NCBI GenBank assembly: GCA_001179505.1
Contig: CDMY01000271.1
Location: 76,803 to 140,802 of the forward strand
Length of the DNA stretch: 64,000 nt
Direction: 5' to 3'
Source: Vitrella brassicaformis CCMP3155
Lineage: Eukaryota > Protista > Chromerida
Each line of letters begins with the position of its first letter. The stretch's first letter is position 1. The translations under genes were made by a program, and so were the position numbers. Below the pieces are notes generated by a model, which saw only the letters and a program-made list of their open reading frames with translations, was not told the DNA's origin and did no database searches. Below are positions 62,912 to 64,000 of the stretch, in pieces.

Positions 62912-63930
62912 TGGCCCTCTTTCTTGCGGCCTCGTGCAGTTTGAAGCAAACAAATGGCACAGTGATTCTCCCCTCTCATCGAGCGTGGATTTTGTGCCTG
63001 TTCCTTGCCAAGAAAATTCTGCAATTCGTCTTGTGGTGTCCACACAAAGACATCGCAGTACAGCCTCCCATTCCCGCCTCATCGAGTTGCTGCTTTAGAC
63101 GACAGCACCGGTGCCTCTCACAAGACCTCTTTCGCACCCTTGCGACGTCTTCGTTTACCGGACCAATTTCAGGACGGCCCTGTTTGCGGCCTCGTCCACT
63201 TGTGCAAGAGAAACTGCACAGTGGTATTCTCCTCTCATCAAAGGTGGATTCTATTGCCAATGTATGCACCCCCAGCACTCCGTGCGTGGTTGTTATAAGG
63301 GCGTGTTTGTGTGTGACTGGGCGATCTGCACTGGCTGGCCACCTGGGGATGGGCGGTATCTACGTATGGAGTCATGGTGCCTGCCGCACGCACGCACGCC
63401 GCCTTCAAGCTGCTGCTGGGGTGGCGTGTGTGCGACGCTGTGTGCCTGCTTGTATGTGACCGTCGTTCGCAGCGCATTGCATATCCTCCTGTCTGCTGCA
63501 TCTGCCCTCTGCGTGCTGCGTGTTTCGTGTCCGGGTTGCATGTTAGGGTGCCTGTTTCATGTTGGACAGACCGACAGGGGACTTGGCCGTCAGGCCACCT
63601 AGGGTGCTCCCTGAAACCGCTGCTGCAATGTATGGCGAGGAAAATTCTGCACTTCGTGTCGTGGTGCTCAAGTCATGCGTCCAAAGACATCCTGCTACCG
63701 CCTCCCATTCTCGCCTCTTTGCATCCCTGCTCTGGGCAGCCGACTTGCTGCGGCCATTACAGCCAGGAGAGGCCCCTTATGCACCCTTGCGACGTCAGAA
63801 AACCGCTCGAGAATACCCAGGCCCCCATACTTGTCTCACGGACAAGTCTAGCAGAGGCCCTTCTCGTCTCTCCTCGTGTTCGCTGAGCCAGACAAACTGC
63901 ACAGTTTTGTTCCCCTCTCATCAAAGGGGG
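62912..63930. repeat. Degenerate dispersed/tandem repeat unit of about 240-290 bp (three copies here, plus a partial copy at about 60737-60810)
   Basis: gaaaattctgca.ttcgt..gtggtg...caaagacatc...gcctcccatt..cgcct at 63011 and 63639. ggccc...cctcgt...aaactgcacagt...cctctcatc at about 62912-62990, 63176-63245 and 63857-63925. Confidence 0.8.
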
Positions 63931-64000
63931 AGAAACTGTCATTAACCGTAACACTCGTCTGTGTGTCCGTGATACTCATACAAATACAGTCCCATCAGCA

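Noticed and set aside
1-64000. tRNA, rRNA or autonomous transposable elements
   Set aside because: No cloverleaf with A/B boxes, rRNA-like segment, or RT/integrase/transposase motif was seen by eye; tRNAscan-SE, Infernal and RepeatModeler would be needed to exclude them formally

Overview
A gene-dense, intron-rich eukaryotic nuclear window. It is probably from a photosynthetic, flagellated alveolate of the chromerid (Vitrella-like) type. That assignment is inference from short GT-AG introns full of GT/GTCT/CATC microsatellites, plastid proteins with signal+transit presequences, a flagellar CCDC39 and an apicomplexan-style mitochondrial uS8. Most entries in the six-frame ORF track are single exons, antisense shadows or intron read-through, so I rebuilt gene models by hand from splice sites and exon boundaries are approximate. 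In order, the genes are: the 3' part of a Topo VIB-like gene, ALB3, CCDC39, a ferroportin-family transporter, an unknown small protein, a secreted ConA/levanase-lectin-like protein, a large coiled-coil protein followed by a mosaic of duplicated fragments, DXO/Rai1, a large IQ-motif protein, a secreted Cys-rich protein, a head-to-head pair of CBM20 proteins, PET117, an EF-hand membrane protein, a P2X channel, RAE1, mitochondrial uS8, an SCP2-FYVE-TM-ABC1/UbiB kinase-beta-lactamase-fold fusion, an ATP6AP2-like V-ATPase accessory protein, thylakoid FKBP19, and a degenerate repeat-rich end. There are two 300-N gaps. I saw no tRNA, rRNA, CRISPR array or intact transposon. The most interesting signals are the five-part lipid-binding/UbiB fusion, the P2X channel with an altered ATP site, the TOPOVIBL candidate, the CBM20 pair, and a shared AGCTCGCA motif in divergent promoters.
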